Assembly: GCA_029941565.1 (NCBI GenBank)
Contig: JAPYRN010000025.1
Coordinates: 6,030-70,029 of the forward strand
DNA: 64,000 nucleotides
DNA from: Candidatus Latescibacterota bacterium
Lineage (GTDB): Bacteria; Latescibacterota; UBA2968; UBA8231
Direction: 5' to 3'
Position 1 is the first letter of the stretch; each line of letters opens with the position of its first letter. Made by a program: the position numbers and the translations under genes. This document shows, piece after piece, positions 9,112 to 18,684 of the stretch. The notes beneath the pieces are model-generated. The model saw only the letters and a list, made by a program, of their open reading frames with translations. It made no database searches and had not been told where the DNA came from.

Positions 9112-10532
9112 TGCCACGTTCCTTCACCTACGTAAACGGAGTGCAAAACACCATGCGTCGAGCACACCTCACAATCTGCCTCGCTTTCGCCTTGTTGTGC
9201 ACCAATGGCGCCCACGCCCAGAGCGATCTTTTCATTCTCACCTCCGACTTTTCCACGGGTAGTACCGCCTTCCTGCCAGCGGATGCGACGATGGCACAAG
9301 TCAATCTGCTCGGCATTCACAGCGATGCTGTCGGTCACTTTCAGGAGGGTCGCCTCTACGTCATCAATCGTCTCGGACAGGACAACATCATCGTACTCGA
9401 TCCAGCCGACCTGACCACTCCGTTGACGCAGTTTTCGGTTGGCAACGGCAGCAATCCACGGGATATCGAGATCCTCGCCGAGGACAAGGCCTATGTCACG
9501 CGTTACGCCTCGACGGACTTGTTGATCGTCGATCCGCGGGACGGGACAGAACTGGGTAGCGTCGATTTGAGTGCCTACGCAGACGACGATGGTCTGCCGG
9601 AGATGGATCAGATGGTGCGTGTCGGCAACCACGTCTATGTCAGTTGTCAGCGTCTCGATCGCAACGCCGCCTTTACCCCTGGTGAGGCTGTTCTCGTCGT
9701 CATCGATATCACCAGCGACAGCGTCAGTGATGACATCGCCCTCAGCGTCACCAACCCCAATACTGTTCTCGTCGCCGGCGAGCGGATCTACGTCTCCGCC
9801 TCAGCCGGTTTTGGTGATCGTGCGGGCGGCATCGAAATCGTCGACACGCGCACCGCCGCCAGCACCGGGATTGCGATCACCGAACAGCAACTGGGTGGCG
9901 ATCTATCGTTGCTGGCGTTGCGCACATCGAATGCGGGATTTGCCGTGATCCTCGATGACAACTTCGCCAACAGCCTGGTTCCGGTGAATCTCGCGACGGG
10001 AATCGTCGGTCCACCGGTTGAAGGTCTCAGCGGTGGTTTCCTCGCCGCCATCGCCATCGACGGCAACCGACTGCTGATCGGCGATCACGGCAGCTTCAGC
10101 GATCCTGCCAGTGCCGGTCTCAAGATCTTTGATGCCACCACGGGAGTGCTGCTGTCTGGGCCCATCGACACCGGCCTGCCACCGTTCGGAATCGTGGTCA
10201 TGAATACAGCACCGATCACGGCGGTGCGCGAGGAACAGTCGACCGTACTGCCACGTGATACGACAGTGGGTGACGGCTACCCGAATCCATTTAATGCCAC
10301 GATACGCGTTCCCTTTGCCGTCAGCGTCGAAGGGGCGGTCGGAATGCATGTCTATGACCTGCTCGGCCGTCGGCTGCGCTCCCTGGTCTCACAGCATCTC
10401 GGTCCCGGGGGCTACTCGGCTACCTGGGACGGCACCGACGACACAGGACAGACCGTCGCCAATGGCGCCTACTTTGTAAGACTGCACACTGCCGGTAACC
10501 ATTCGATGACGAAGGTCATGCTGCTCAAATGA
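9111..10532 (+). CDS. Secreted YncE/BtuG-like beta-propeller protein with a C-terminal FlgD-Ig/sorting-type domain
   Basis: Signal peptide; LYVINR..DNI and NPRDI..KAYVTRY blades; C-terminal YPNPFN..VYDLLGR..WDGTD..GAYFVRL..KVMLLK. Start 9111 or 9153. Confidence 0.8.
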   Translation: MPRSFTYVNGVQNTMRRAHLTICLAFALLCTNGAHAQSDLFILTSDFSTGSTAFLPADATMAQVNLLGIHSDAVGHFQEGRLYVINRLGQDNIIVLDPADLTTPLTQFSVGNGSNPRDIEILAEDKAYVTRYASTDLLIVDPRDGTELGSVDLSAYADDDGLPEMDQMVRVGNHVYVSCQRLDRNAAFTPGEAVLVVIDITSDSVSDDIALSVTNPNTVLVAGERIYVSASAGFGDRAGGIEIVDTRTAASTGIAITEQQLGGDLSLLALRTSNAGFAVILDDNFANSLVPVNLATGIVGPPVEGLSGGFLAAIAIDGNRLLIGDHGSFSDPASAGLKIFDATTGVLLSGPIDTGLPPFGIVVMNTAPITAVREEQSTVLPRDTTVGDGYPNPFNATIRVPFAVSVEGAVGMHVYDLLGRRLRSLVSQHLGPGGYSATWDGTDDTGQTVANGAYFVRLHTAGNHSMTKVMLLK

Positions 10533-10547
10533 GGATGCGTCTGCGTT

Positions 10548-11280
10548 ATGGGTGAGATCCGGCTGTTCTTCACGGCCCTCACATTCTACACACGTCTGCC
10601 AGGCCTGCGCCTGGCGGACGTACTCCGACGGACTGAGCCGGGCGACACATTATTTGCCGTTGGTGGGTGTCATTGTCGGCGGCATCGCGGCAGCCGTGTT
10701 TCTGGGGGCGCAGATACTTCTGCCCCAGGGAAGTCGCTGTGTTGCTGTCCATGAGCGCCAGTCTCTGGACGACGGGCGCTTTCCACGAAGACGGCTTCGC
10801 TGATACCTGTGACGGGTTTGGTGGCGACTGGTCGAAGGAGGATATCCTGCGGATCATGAAGGATAGCCGCCTCGGCGCCTATGGCCTGATCGGCATCCTC
10901 CTGGTGTTGTTGCTGAAGTACAATGCACTGCTCAGTCTTCCGGTAAAACTGGTGCCCCCGCACTGATCGCCGGACACACTCGAGCCGCCTCTTACCGGTA
11001 CTCGCCATCGCCAGCATGAGATATGTGCGTCAGGATCAAACCAGCAAGGCCCGCCCCGTCGCCGGTGGCATCAGCCTCTGGTAGGTCATCATCGCGGCAA
11101 TTTTCGCCCTCCTCCCCATGCTGCTGCTCGATCCACCGCTGTGGCTTGCGCTGATATCCGTCGCCGCCACAGCGCTGTGTTGACCCGGCTGTTCCGACAC
11201 GCCTCGGCGGCTACACAGGTCAGGGCCCTGCAGCAGGCATGTGAAATCACATTCTACCTTGGATTGGTTGCGATATGGAC
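10548..11280 (+). pseudogene. cobS: Cobalamin synthase CobS pseudogene
   Basis: FYTRLP, PLVG and [28 protein letters not shown] are spread over different frames; in-frame TAG at 11082. Confidence 0.88.
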
Positions 11281-11493
11281 GTATTCCTCGTCCGCCACAC
11301 CCGTGTCGCCGTAGCGCCAGGCATGTGTTATGGGCGGTTGGATGTGCCTCTGGCAGATTCCTTCGAAGAGGAGCTCAACGGACTGCGCCCGCTGCTGCCG
11401 AAATTCGATCGGATCTATTCGAGCCCGTCCCTTCGTTGTCGACGCTTGGCGGAAACTTTCCACTCCCCCCTCTTGGAGTTTGACGATCGGTGA
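11275..11493 (+). pseudogene. cobC: Truncated alpha-ribazole phosphatase (histidine phosphatase) CobC
   Basis: LVRHT..CYGRLDVPL..YSSPSLRC; stops at 72 aa, right at the IS66-like fragment. Confidence 0.8.
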
Positions 11494-11604
11494 CTGGAAG
11501 CTGGCGCGTTGCAGCGTGCCGTCACGGACTCGATGCCACCAGGTAAACATCTGCTCGGTATATGCCAGCAATTGCTGGCCGGTAGTGGCTGCCTCGCCTG
11601 GTCG
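11494..11604 (-). mobile_element. IS66-family transposase remnant
   Basis: The peptide GEAATTGQQLLAYTEQMFTWWHRVRDGTLQRASFQ resembles an IS66-family transposase segment (recalled similarity, not searched); no ends found. Confidence 0.6.
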
Positions 11605-11617
11605 CAGCGAACAACCC

Positions 11618-12907
11618 CTACTCGACGACACCCGGCGCATCGCGAGGAGATCCCCCATGTTTGTCGTTGATACGGGCACCCTTTGGCGCCGCCACGGGGC
11701 CCTCCAACAGTGGATCATCCGTCGCCTCCATCCAGCGGTGCAGACGCACCCGCATCTCTTCGAGCACCATCGCGTGTCCAGGGTCAGCGGCGAGGTTGCA
11801 ACTCTCATTCGGGTCGAAGATCACGTCGTATAGTCGCTCTGCCGCTACCGGTCGTTGCGCCCAGCCGTGCTCGAGCCACACGCTCTTGGCCTCACTGTCA
11901 TCGCAATTGGCCAACACGGGAGTCGTCATCTCCCCATCGTAATGGATTATCAATTTCCAGCGATCGGTACGCACGGCACGCCCCGGATCGTAGGCGGCGT
12001 GATAATTGACCTCGGCAAAGAGTTCGTCGCGCACCACCGCGGCAGGATCACGCACCAGCGGCAGAAGTGACACGCCCTGCAGATGTGTGGGCGCCGTGAT
12101 CCCGGCGACCTCACAGATCGTCGGATACAGATCGACGTGAGAGACGAGGGCATCACATACGGTTCCACCGGTAAAACCGCCAGGGCCACGAATGATCAGA
12201 TACACTCCCATACCATGATCGGTCAGGTGGCATTTCATCCCCGGGAAAGGCACGCCATGGTCGGTCGTGCAGATGACGAGTGTATTCTGGGCCAGGCCAT
12301 TTCGTTCCAGCCCTTCAAGCACACGACCGTGCCCTTCATCCATGCGCCGCACACTCTCGTGATAGCCAGCCATCATGCGACGAGTCTCGGGGGTGTCGGG
12401 CAGCGGATCCGGGACTCGCACATAACGACTGTCCTGCTGTGACATCTCCGGGAAGGGCAGATGTGTTTCGCCATATCCCACATCCAGGAAGAAGGGCTGC
12501 TTCGGAGCGCCATCGAGATACTCCACGGCCGCCGCCGATACGTTACGGGCCTGCCGGTTGTCGGCCCCCAAAGCCTCGTCGTAGCCGACACCATCGCCGA
12601 CGTGTTGCATGCCAGCCAGTATCGTGCGATATCCGGCCCCCTTCAATGTCGATACCAGATGCTGCGAGTAGTCGTGCAGCGAAAATCCCCGGTGCGCGAG
12701 TCCCAGCATACCACTGGAATGGGCACTCTGGCCGGTGAGCAACGCCGCGCGGCTGGGCGAACAGGTTGGCGCGGCACAGAAACACTTGCGAAAGAGCATG
12801 CCCTGCTCGGCCAGACCCTGAATGTTCGGTGTGTCAACAGCGTGGCCCATGGGCGACACGTATCGTCCCGTGTCGTGTGAATGCAGGTACAGGATATTTG
12901 GCGGCAT
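11618..12907 (-). CDS. Sulfatase (N-sulfoglucosamine sulfohydrolase-like)
   Basis: PNIL..HD, formylglycine motif CSPSRAALLTG, TTDHG. Confidence 0.93.
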   Translation of the reverse strand: MPPNILYLHSHDTGRYVSPMGHAVDTPNIQGLAEQGMLFRKCFCAAPTCSPSRAALLTGQSAHSSGMLGLAHRGFSLHDYSQHLVSTLKGAGYRTILAGMQHVGDGVGYDEALGADNRQARNVSAAAVEYLDGAPKQPFFLDVGYGETHLPFPEMSQQDSRYVRVPDPLPDTPETRRMMAGYHESVRRMDEGHGRVLEGLERNGLAQNTLVICTTDHGVPFPGMKCHLTDHGMGVYLIIRGPGGFTGGTVCDALVSHVDLYPTICEVAGITAPTHLQGVSLLPLVRDPAAVVRDELFAEVNYHAAYDPGRAVRTDRWKLIIHYDGEMTTPVLANCDDSEAKSVWLEHGWAQRPVAAERLYDVIFDPNESCNLAADPGHAMVLEEMRVRLHRWMEATDDPLLEGPVAAPKGARINDKHGGSPRDAPGVVE

Positions 12908-12938
12908 GGGATTATGTGTCGTCCGGGTTATTGACTGT

Positions 12939-13997
12939 TCAATGCGACATTACGCGTACATTGCGCTGCGCCAATGGCAGATCGACAGCGACACCGCCAG
13001 CATGATGCGAGGCGACGAGGCCGAAAAGGATCTCCATGCCACGGCGTACGATCTCGATACCACCACGGGTCGGCCCCCCACTTTCCACTGCCTGCAACAG
13101 ATCGCGGATGATGGCCACTGTGCCACTGTGGGCCTGCCACGTTGGAAAGGAGATCTCCTTCCAATCATACCGTTGCTGACTGCTGCGCGGAATCCAATAC
13201 GACGAATCCCCTGAATTGCGCAGGGTCCCATCCTCGCAGACGATTTCGATGTCCAGTGATGGCAGATCGGTGCAGACCAGCCGTCGACCATCCTCCATGT
13301 GAACGACGGCGTGTACGATGCTGGGATCGGTGGCGACCTCGATGCCCTTCGGGCCCTCCTGCAGCTGTAGATCATCGCCGTCACGACCGCGCAGACTGGC
13401 ACTCACCGAAATTGGCAGTGGGTCCCCGAGCAGATAGAGCGCGGCATCGACGATATGCGAGTGGGTGTGCAGCGCACTACCCGAGGTGGCGCCGATAAGC
13501 GCCGCTTTCGGTGCCCCGAGCTGACCGGAATCGAGAAAGGCACGAGCCGTCTCAAAACCGCGCCAGTAGCGACGCATGGCGCCATATACCAGTTGCGTGC
13601 CGTGCTGCGTACAGGCGGCTACGATGGCGTCGAGTTCTGCCGTGGAAACGCATAACGCCTTCTCAGCATAGATCCCTCGAACCCCCGCCTGGGCAGCGTG
13701 AATCAGCGGTAGTGCACGAGCGTGGGCGGGCGTCGTCACGGAGAGGATATCCAGTTGTTCTGCGGCGATCATGTCCTGGTAGTTGGCGTATCGCCCCGCC
13801 ACAGCGAAACGATCGCACCAGGAGGCCAGCTTTTCGGCTGCCGTGTCGGCGGCGGCAACGAGATCGACTTCGGCAATCGCGGCATAGCCATTGGCGTGAC
13901 CGTAGGGCAGGATGAAGTCATTGTGCTCGTAGGTAATCTCATCATCGATCGTGCCCGCCATGCGGCCACAGCCGATTACACCGGCGCGATACCTCAT
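12939..13997 (-). CDS. Gfo/Idh/MocA oxidoreductase
   Basis: GVIGCGRMA, DILSVTTP and YAEKA motifs. Confidence 0.88.
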   Translation of the reverse strand: MRYRAGVIGCGRMAGTIDDEITYEHNDFILPYGHANGYAAIAEVDLVAAADTAAEKLASWCDRFAVAGRYANYQDMIAAEQLDILSVTTPAHARALPLIHAAQAGVRGIYAEKALCVSTAELDAIVAACTQHGTQLVYGAMRRYWRGFETARAFLDSGQLGAPKAALIGATSGSALHTHSHIVDAALYLLGDPLPISVSASLRGRDGDDLQLQEGPKGIEVATDPSIVHAVVHMEDGRRLVCTDLPSLDIEIVCEDGTLRNSGDSSYWIPRSSQQRYDWKEISFPTWQAHSGTVAIIRDLLQAVESGGPTRGGIEIVRRGMEILFGLVASHHAGGVAVDLPLAQRNVRVMSH

Positions 13998-14112
13998 CTG
14001 AAATCCCTGTTTTTGAGTGCCGCCAAAGCTACCCCGACGGTCTCGCTTCAGCAACGTGGGTCTTGTGCAAGCCACAGCCGCTGATGGATCTTAGTCGGTG
14101 GAGAGATGCCCA

Positions 14113-15084
14113 ATGAAATTGCGAACCATCTTCCCTGCCATCGGTCTGCTGCTCATGTGTTGCCTGGGAGCGACGGCGCAGGACCTGCGCCAGGTAGCGC
14201 TGAAAATCCTGCTGGAGAATCTGGCCAAGTCCGGATCGACCTTCAGTCGCGACATGCTGGCTCGCGCTGCCACGGCAAGTTCCCTTGAAGACAAAACCAT
14301 CCGCGCCGACCTGCAGCAATTGCTCGACAAGCTGGACGACCAGCGCAAGGGCAAAACGGCGCTGTGGAAAGGATTGACCGCCTTGGGCGGTGATGACGTG
14401 GGTCCAAAAAAGATGGACCGGTTGCTGCGCGAATTCATCGACTGGGGCCGAAAGGCGACCAAGAGCTCAGGGAACTATGACTTGCAGCTCATCATCGAGC
14501 GATCGGCGAAGAAGGCCAAGATGCCCACTCATCGGGCGCAGGAACTGTTGGCCCTCGTCGCCGGTCTGGGCTTGAGAGGGGAAGTGACCACCGCCCCCAC
14601 CCTTCCCGAAAAACTCGGCATCCTCGTTGTCGGTATCAGCGAATACCCCGTCGATGGCTCTCGTTTCCCAGGCATGTTGCGCACTGAGGAGGATATCAAT
14701 CGTCAGACCCGTTTCCGCGATATCCACCTACCCGTCGTCGCCGGACTCGTAGCGGTCTTGCCGGAAACGGAAGGGGTCCGTTGGACCATCGATGGACCCC
14801 ACCCCAGACTCAAACCGGACTGCGTCCTGCACATGAGCATCACCGCTTTCATCAGCCGTCAACGGCGACGTGATATCACCCTCCACGCGACGCTACGCAT
14901 CTCTTTGGGCACGGTATCCGGTGTGCGGCTGTATTCCACGGAGTTGGAAGTGACCTACGACTACGCACTGGAGATGTCCGACATCTTGCGCAGCCAACGG
15001 CGACTCGACGGATTTTTTGTCAAGCTCTCCGGCGCTATTCGCGATGACATCGCCAGTTACCTGAAGAAACGAATCGGTAGCTGA
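14113..15084 (+). CDS. Hypothetical exported protein
   Basis: Long ORF with the signal peptide MKLRTIFPAIGLLLMCCLGATA; family not recognised. Confidence 0.7.
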   Translation: MKLRTIFPAIGLLLMCCLGATAQDLRQVALKILLENLAKSGSTFSRDMLARAATASSLEDKTIRADLQQLLDKLDDQRKGKTALWKGLTALGGDDVGPKKMDRLLREFIDWGRKATKSSGNYDLQLIIERSAKKAKMPTHRAQELLALVAGLGLRGEVTTAPTLPEKLGILVVGISEYPVDGSRFPGMLRTEEDINRQTRFRDIHLPVVAGLVAVLPETEGVRWTIDGPHPRLKPDCVLHMSITAFISRQRRRDITLHATLRISLGTVSGVRLYSTELEVTYDYALEMSDILRSQRRLDGFFVKLSGAIRDDIASYLKKRIGS

Positions 15085-15088
15085 CATC

Positions 15089-15565
15089 TCATCGCTGACC
15101 GCCAAAACGCCAACTGGCGGCGACTGGAAATTCGACGCCGCGATACTCGTGACGGCCACCCACCGACTCGGTGAAACGGGCATCCAGTTGTATCGGGTGG
15201 GTTCCGACGAAGATCTGATCCGTGAGGTCGACGTCGAGGCCACCGCCGAACTGACTGCCAAAGGAACTCTGACTCTTCGACCTGTCCGTGCCATCGAACA
15301 GGTTCCCTTGCTCCACGCCTTCAAAACTGCCAACTGCAGCGAATGGACGCCAGCGTGTATGCCGAAGGGGAAACCACCTGGTACCGAGCAACACGGAACG
15401 TAGCCGCACCTGGCGCAACGTCCGAGGCTCTTTGGCGCCTGTGACGAGCTCGTCGTCCACGTCACTCGTGAGTGCCCCCCAGGATAATGTCATGTCCCAG
15501 CGGGGACTGATTTCATACCCCAGGGTGAGACCACTCAAAGTGCCCCAGGGCTGAACCTGCCCCAC
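15089..15565 (-). pseudogene. Outer-membrane beta-barrel fragment
   Basis: Amphipathic strands (LTLGYEISPRW, WRPFAAVG, GGGLDVDL, terminal SWRF); no signal peptide or intact N-terminus. Confidence 0.5.
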
Positions 15566-15835
15566 GGACTCGACGCCAAAATTCTATACGCCTGTGGTTC
15601 CGGTCCGATACCGCCAGGTCACCAGGTAATAGGTGATGTGTCGGATACGCCTTGCGGATGTCGGCATCCATCGAGCGCAACCCCTCCACCTGGCGCCGCA
15701 GATCGCCATCCGTCTCGACTCGTTGGCGCAGACGGGCCAGCTCCTCTGCCGACAATTCACCGAGGGCGAAGCGTTCCAATTTTCATGTGGGTACAGGGGC
15801 AAGGGGTCGTTGGTCACAGTCATGTCGTGGTCTCG
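15513..15835 (-). pseudogene. Anti-sigma factor-like remnant
   Basis: PVPT*KLERFALGELSAEE... with an in-frame TGA at 15785-15783 where Trp is expected; directly follows the ECF sigma. Confidence 0.6.
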
Positions 15836-16270
15836 TATCCCTCTTCGTTAACCAAGTCGTGCAAGCGGGCGCGTAGACCCCGTAGCCGCTTGCGCATTCC
15901 AGAGACCGACATGCCTACCTCATCGGCCACTTCCTGGAGCGTCATGCTCACATAGTGCAGGATCGCCATCGTCCGTGTCGACTCTTGATTCTGACCGAAG
16001 AGTCGGCTCAGGACGGAGGAGGCCGCCAGTCGTGATTCCGTCTCGTCAGTGACGGCGACTCGGTGCACGGGTTCGTCATCCATCACCTCTGGCCGGCGCC
16101 CACGATCACGGATGCGGTTCAAGCACAGATTCGTGGCGATGCGGTAGAGCAGACTCGAAGGGAATTCTGCCGTGAGTTGGTCTCGCCGTCGCAGGACCTG
16201 GACGAAAACGTCCTGGGTCACGTCGAGAGCGTCGCTTTCCTCTTTCGGTCAGGAAGCGGTGAATCAGGCG
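15820..16270 (-). pseudogene. ECF sigma factor, N-terminally truncated
   Basis: ESDALDVTQDVFVQV..LLYRIATNLCLNRIR (region 2) and MTLQEVADEVGMSVSGMRKRL (region 4); upstream is frameshifted or missing. Confidence 0.75.
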
Positions 16271-16274
16271 CGTG

Positions 16275-17681
16275 TCATTGAGCCACCTCTAGCTCCACAC
16301 GTCGCAGCCGAAGATGGACCCAGGTGACGGCGAGAATCGATGTGAACAGCCCCGAGATGGCAAAGGAAGTCCACACCGCCTGCAAGCCGTAACCAAAGTG
16401 GCGTGTCAAGGTCCACGCCAGAGGTACCGAAATCAGCACGATGCGTAGCGACGTCAGCAGCAAACCCGGCATGCCGCTCCCCAACCCCTGAAACACCCGC
16501 CCACAGACGATGCCCACCGCGAGGAACGGGAAGGCACAGCAGATCACCCGAATGTACCCCACTGCGATGTCGATGATCCTGGGTTCATGGGTGAACCACG
16601 CTGCCAGTTGTGGCGCAAAGACCCAGAAGGATATACCGCTGACGACGGCGAAGACTTCGGCGCGCAGCACGGTGTACTTGACGGTGCTGCGGATGAGGTC
16701 TACGCGGTTGGCCCCGACAAACATGCCAACCAGCGTCACCTGACTGGTAGCGAGTGCGAAAACAGGCAGGAAGAACAAGGCATCCATGCGACCGCCGATA
16801 CCCAAACCAGCGACGGCGTGGGTGCCAAAGGCAGAAACGATGCGGTTGTAGAACATGCCCCCCACGGACATGATTACCATCGATGCCGATGCCGGAAGAC
16901 CGACACGCAGGATGTCTGCCGCGATTCGCGCCGACGGCTGAAAGTCGCGGAAATGGAACTGTACGTATGTGCCCTTGCGCACGAAGACATAGCCGATGAA
17001 GGCGACCAGCACGAGGGCTTGACTGATGACGGTTGCCAGGGCTGCTCCGCGCACTCCCATACCGAGACTGAAGATGAAGATTGGGTCGAGGAGCATGTTG
17101 ACCAGTGTACCACTGCCCTGTAGTGCCAGGGGCGTGCGGGTGTCCCCCTCCCCGCCCATGACTGCGCTAAAGCTCACATTAAGAATCTGAAATAGAAAGC
17201 CGAAAGCAACGGTCTCGAAGTATTCGGTCCCCAGACTCAGGACCTCACCGTCAGCACCAAGCAGATCCAAGATCTGCACTTTGAATACCACTGCGCCAGT
17301 CACGAACAGTGCGCCGGTACCGAGACCGACGAGCAAGGCGTGCTCGGCGGCGTTATCCGCAGAGGTTTTGTCATCTGCACCGATATAGCGCGCGATCACA
17401 CTCGTCGCCCCCGCACCGAGCCCAAATGCGACACCCATGGCAAAAAAATTGATCGGCATATTAAAGGTCAGAGCTGCCAGGGCATCGCCCCCCAACCGAC
17501 CAACAAAAATCATGTCGATGATATTGTACAGCGTCTGGATTGCCATCCCTGCCATGACCGGCAGGGACAGCACCCAAACGGCTCGTCGTGGATTGGCGAC
17601 GAACTCGGCGAGGCGATTCTTGCCGCCGCCCAGCATCGCCGCCATGGGGCTCCCCGGTGCGTCCGGCTTGTTGTCGCTCAA
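16275..17681 (-). CDS. MATE family efflux transporter
   Basis: LYNIIDMIFVGRLG, GDTRTPL..NMLLDPIFI and GAALAT motifs; about 12 TMs. Confidence 0.93.
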   Translation of the reverse strand: MSDNKPDAPGSPMAAMLGGGKNRLAEFVANPRRAVWVLSLPVMAGMAIQTLYNIIDMIFVGRLGGDALAALTFNMPINFFAMGVAFGLGAGATSVIARYIGADDKTSADNAAEHALLVGLGTGALFVTGAVVFKVQILDLLGADGEVLSLGTEYFETVAFGFLFQILNVSFSAVMGGEGDTRTPLALQGSGTLVNMLLDPIFIFSLGMGVRGAALATVISQALVLVAFIGYVFVRKGTYVQFHFRDFQPSARIAADILRVGLPASASMVIMSVGGMFYNRIVSAFGTHAVAGLGIGGRMDALFFLPVFALATSQVTLVGMFVGANRVDLIRSTVKYTVLRAEVFAVVSGISFWVFAPQLAAWFTHEPRIIDIAVGYIRVICCAFPFLAVGIVCGRVFQGLGSGMPGLLLTSLRIVLISVPLAWTLTRHFGYGLQAVWTSFAISGLFTSILAVTWVHLRLRRVELEVAQ

Positions 17682-17873
17682 ATCATCGATTCCAGCATAG
17701 GCTTAAAACTCGACTTCACCGGTGTTGGTGACAAGGCAGTCGGACTGTTGCAGATTTGACCACCCGGCGCTGAGGGCAGACCATCAGCGCCGCAACTCAG
17801 AGTTCCCCTCATTGGAGCCTTGCCAAATGACAGATCTCATAGCCGGCGCCGCGGCGCGATTCGAAGACTCGTG

Positions 17874-18662
17874 ATGACCAGCACCCTGGGAGCCACAACC
17901 CCAGAGCAGATCCAGTCCTGGGTGGAACAGTTCCACCGCGATGGGTACCTGTTTCTTCCTGGGGTGCTCACCGAGAATACCACCACGACACTACGCGCCG
18001 ACCTTGATGAGGCGCTGGAAAATCGGGCGCCGGGGTCCAGTGGCAGCCGCATCGAGTTGCACCCGCGCATGTTTGAAACGAGCCCGACCAACCTGTCGTT
18101 GTTCGACATGGAACCGATTGTCAGCTTTGCCGAAGCCCTCATCGATCCGACCTGCCACGTGATCCACAACAACAGCTTCCGGACACCCACCGGTGGCGCT
18201 GGTCTCAGCGCCTGGCACCAGGACGATCCGCCACATTACATCGTCACCCATGGTGAACCGCCGACGAATGTACGCCTCCCCGTGTTGTTGTTTACCGCCA
18301 ACTACTATCTGACCAACGTGGAGACGGTGGCACACGGCCCGACGCAGGTGATCCCAGGATCACATCTGTTTGGTGCGACTGCGCAAAACCCGGTAGAGGG
18401 TACCGAATACGAGCAACTGGTGAGCAGTTGCCTGGGGCCGTCGGGCAGCGTGGTGATGTTCAATAATCAGGTGTGGCATCGGGGGGCACCGAACACGAGC
18501 GACCATGTGCGCTACATGGCCCAGGTCAGCTACGCACGTCGCCTCGTCGGGCACAAGTACGCCCCCTTCATGAATTACCAGATGCCGGAACACGTCTTTG
18601 CCGGGGCCGATGAGCGTCGGCGTCGGCTCCTCGGTTTTCTGCCCTCGGGTGCCTACGGCTGA
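17874..18662 (+). CDS. Phytanoyl-CoA dioxygenase (PhyH) family Fe(II)/2-oxoglutarate enzyme
   Basis: FHRDGYL, WHQD, GPTQVIPGSH and WHRG..N motifs. Confidence 0.9.
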   Translation: MTSTLGATTPEQIQSWVEQFHRDGYLFLPGVLTENTTTTLRADLDEALENRAPGSSGSRIELHPRMFETSPTNLSLFDMEPIVSFAEALIDPTCHVIHNNSFRTPTGGAGLSAWHQDDPPHYIVTHGEPPTNVRLPVLLFTANYYLTNVETVAHGPTQVIPGSHLFGATAQNPVEGTEYEQLVSSCLGPSGSVVMFNNQVWHRGAPNTSDHVRYMAQVSYARRLVGHKYAPFMNYQMPEHVFAGADERRRRLLGFLPSGAYG

Positions 18663-18684
18663 ACTGTCATGGATTGCTGAGAAG

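Noticed and set aside
6606-11493. Link between B12 uptake and a B12-dependent BMC (PDU/EUT type)
   Set aside because: The BMC locus has no cobalamin-dependent enzyme or reactivase.
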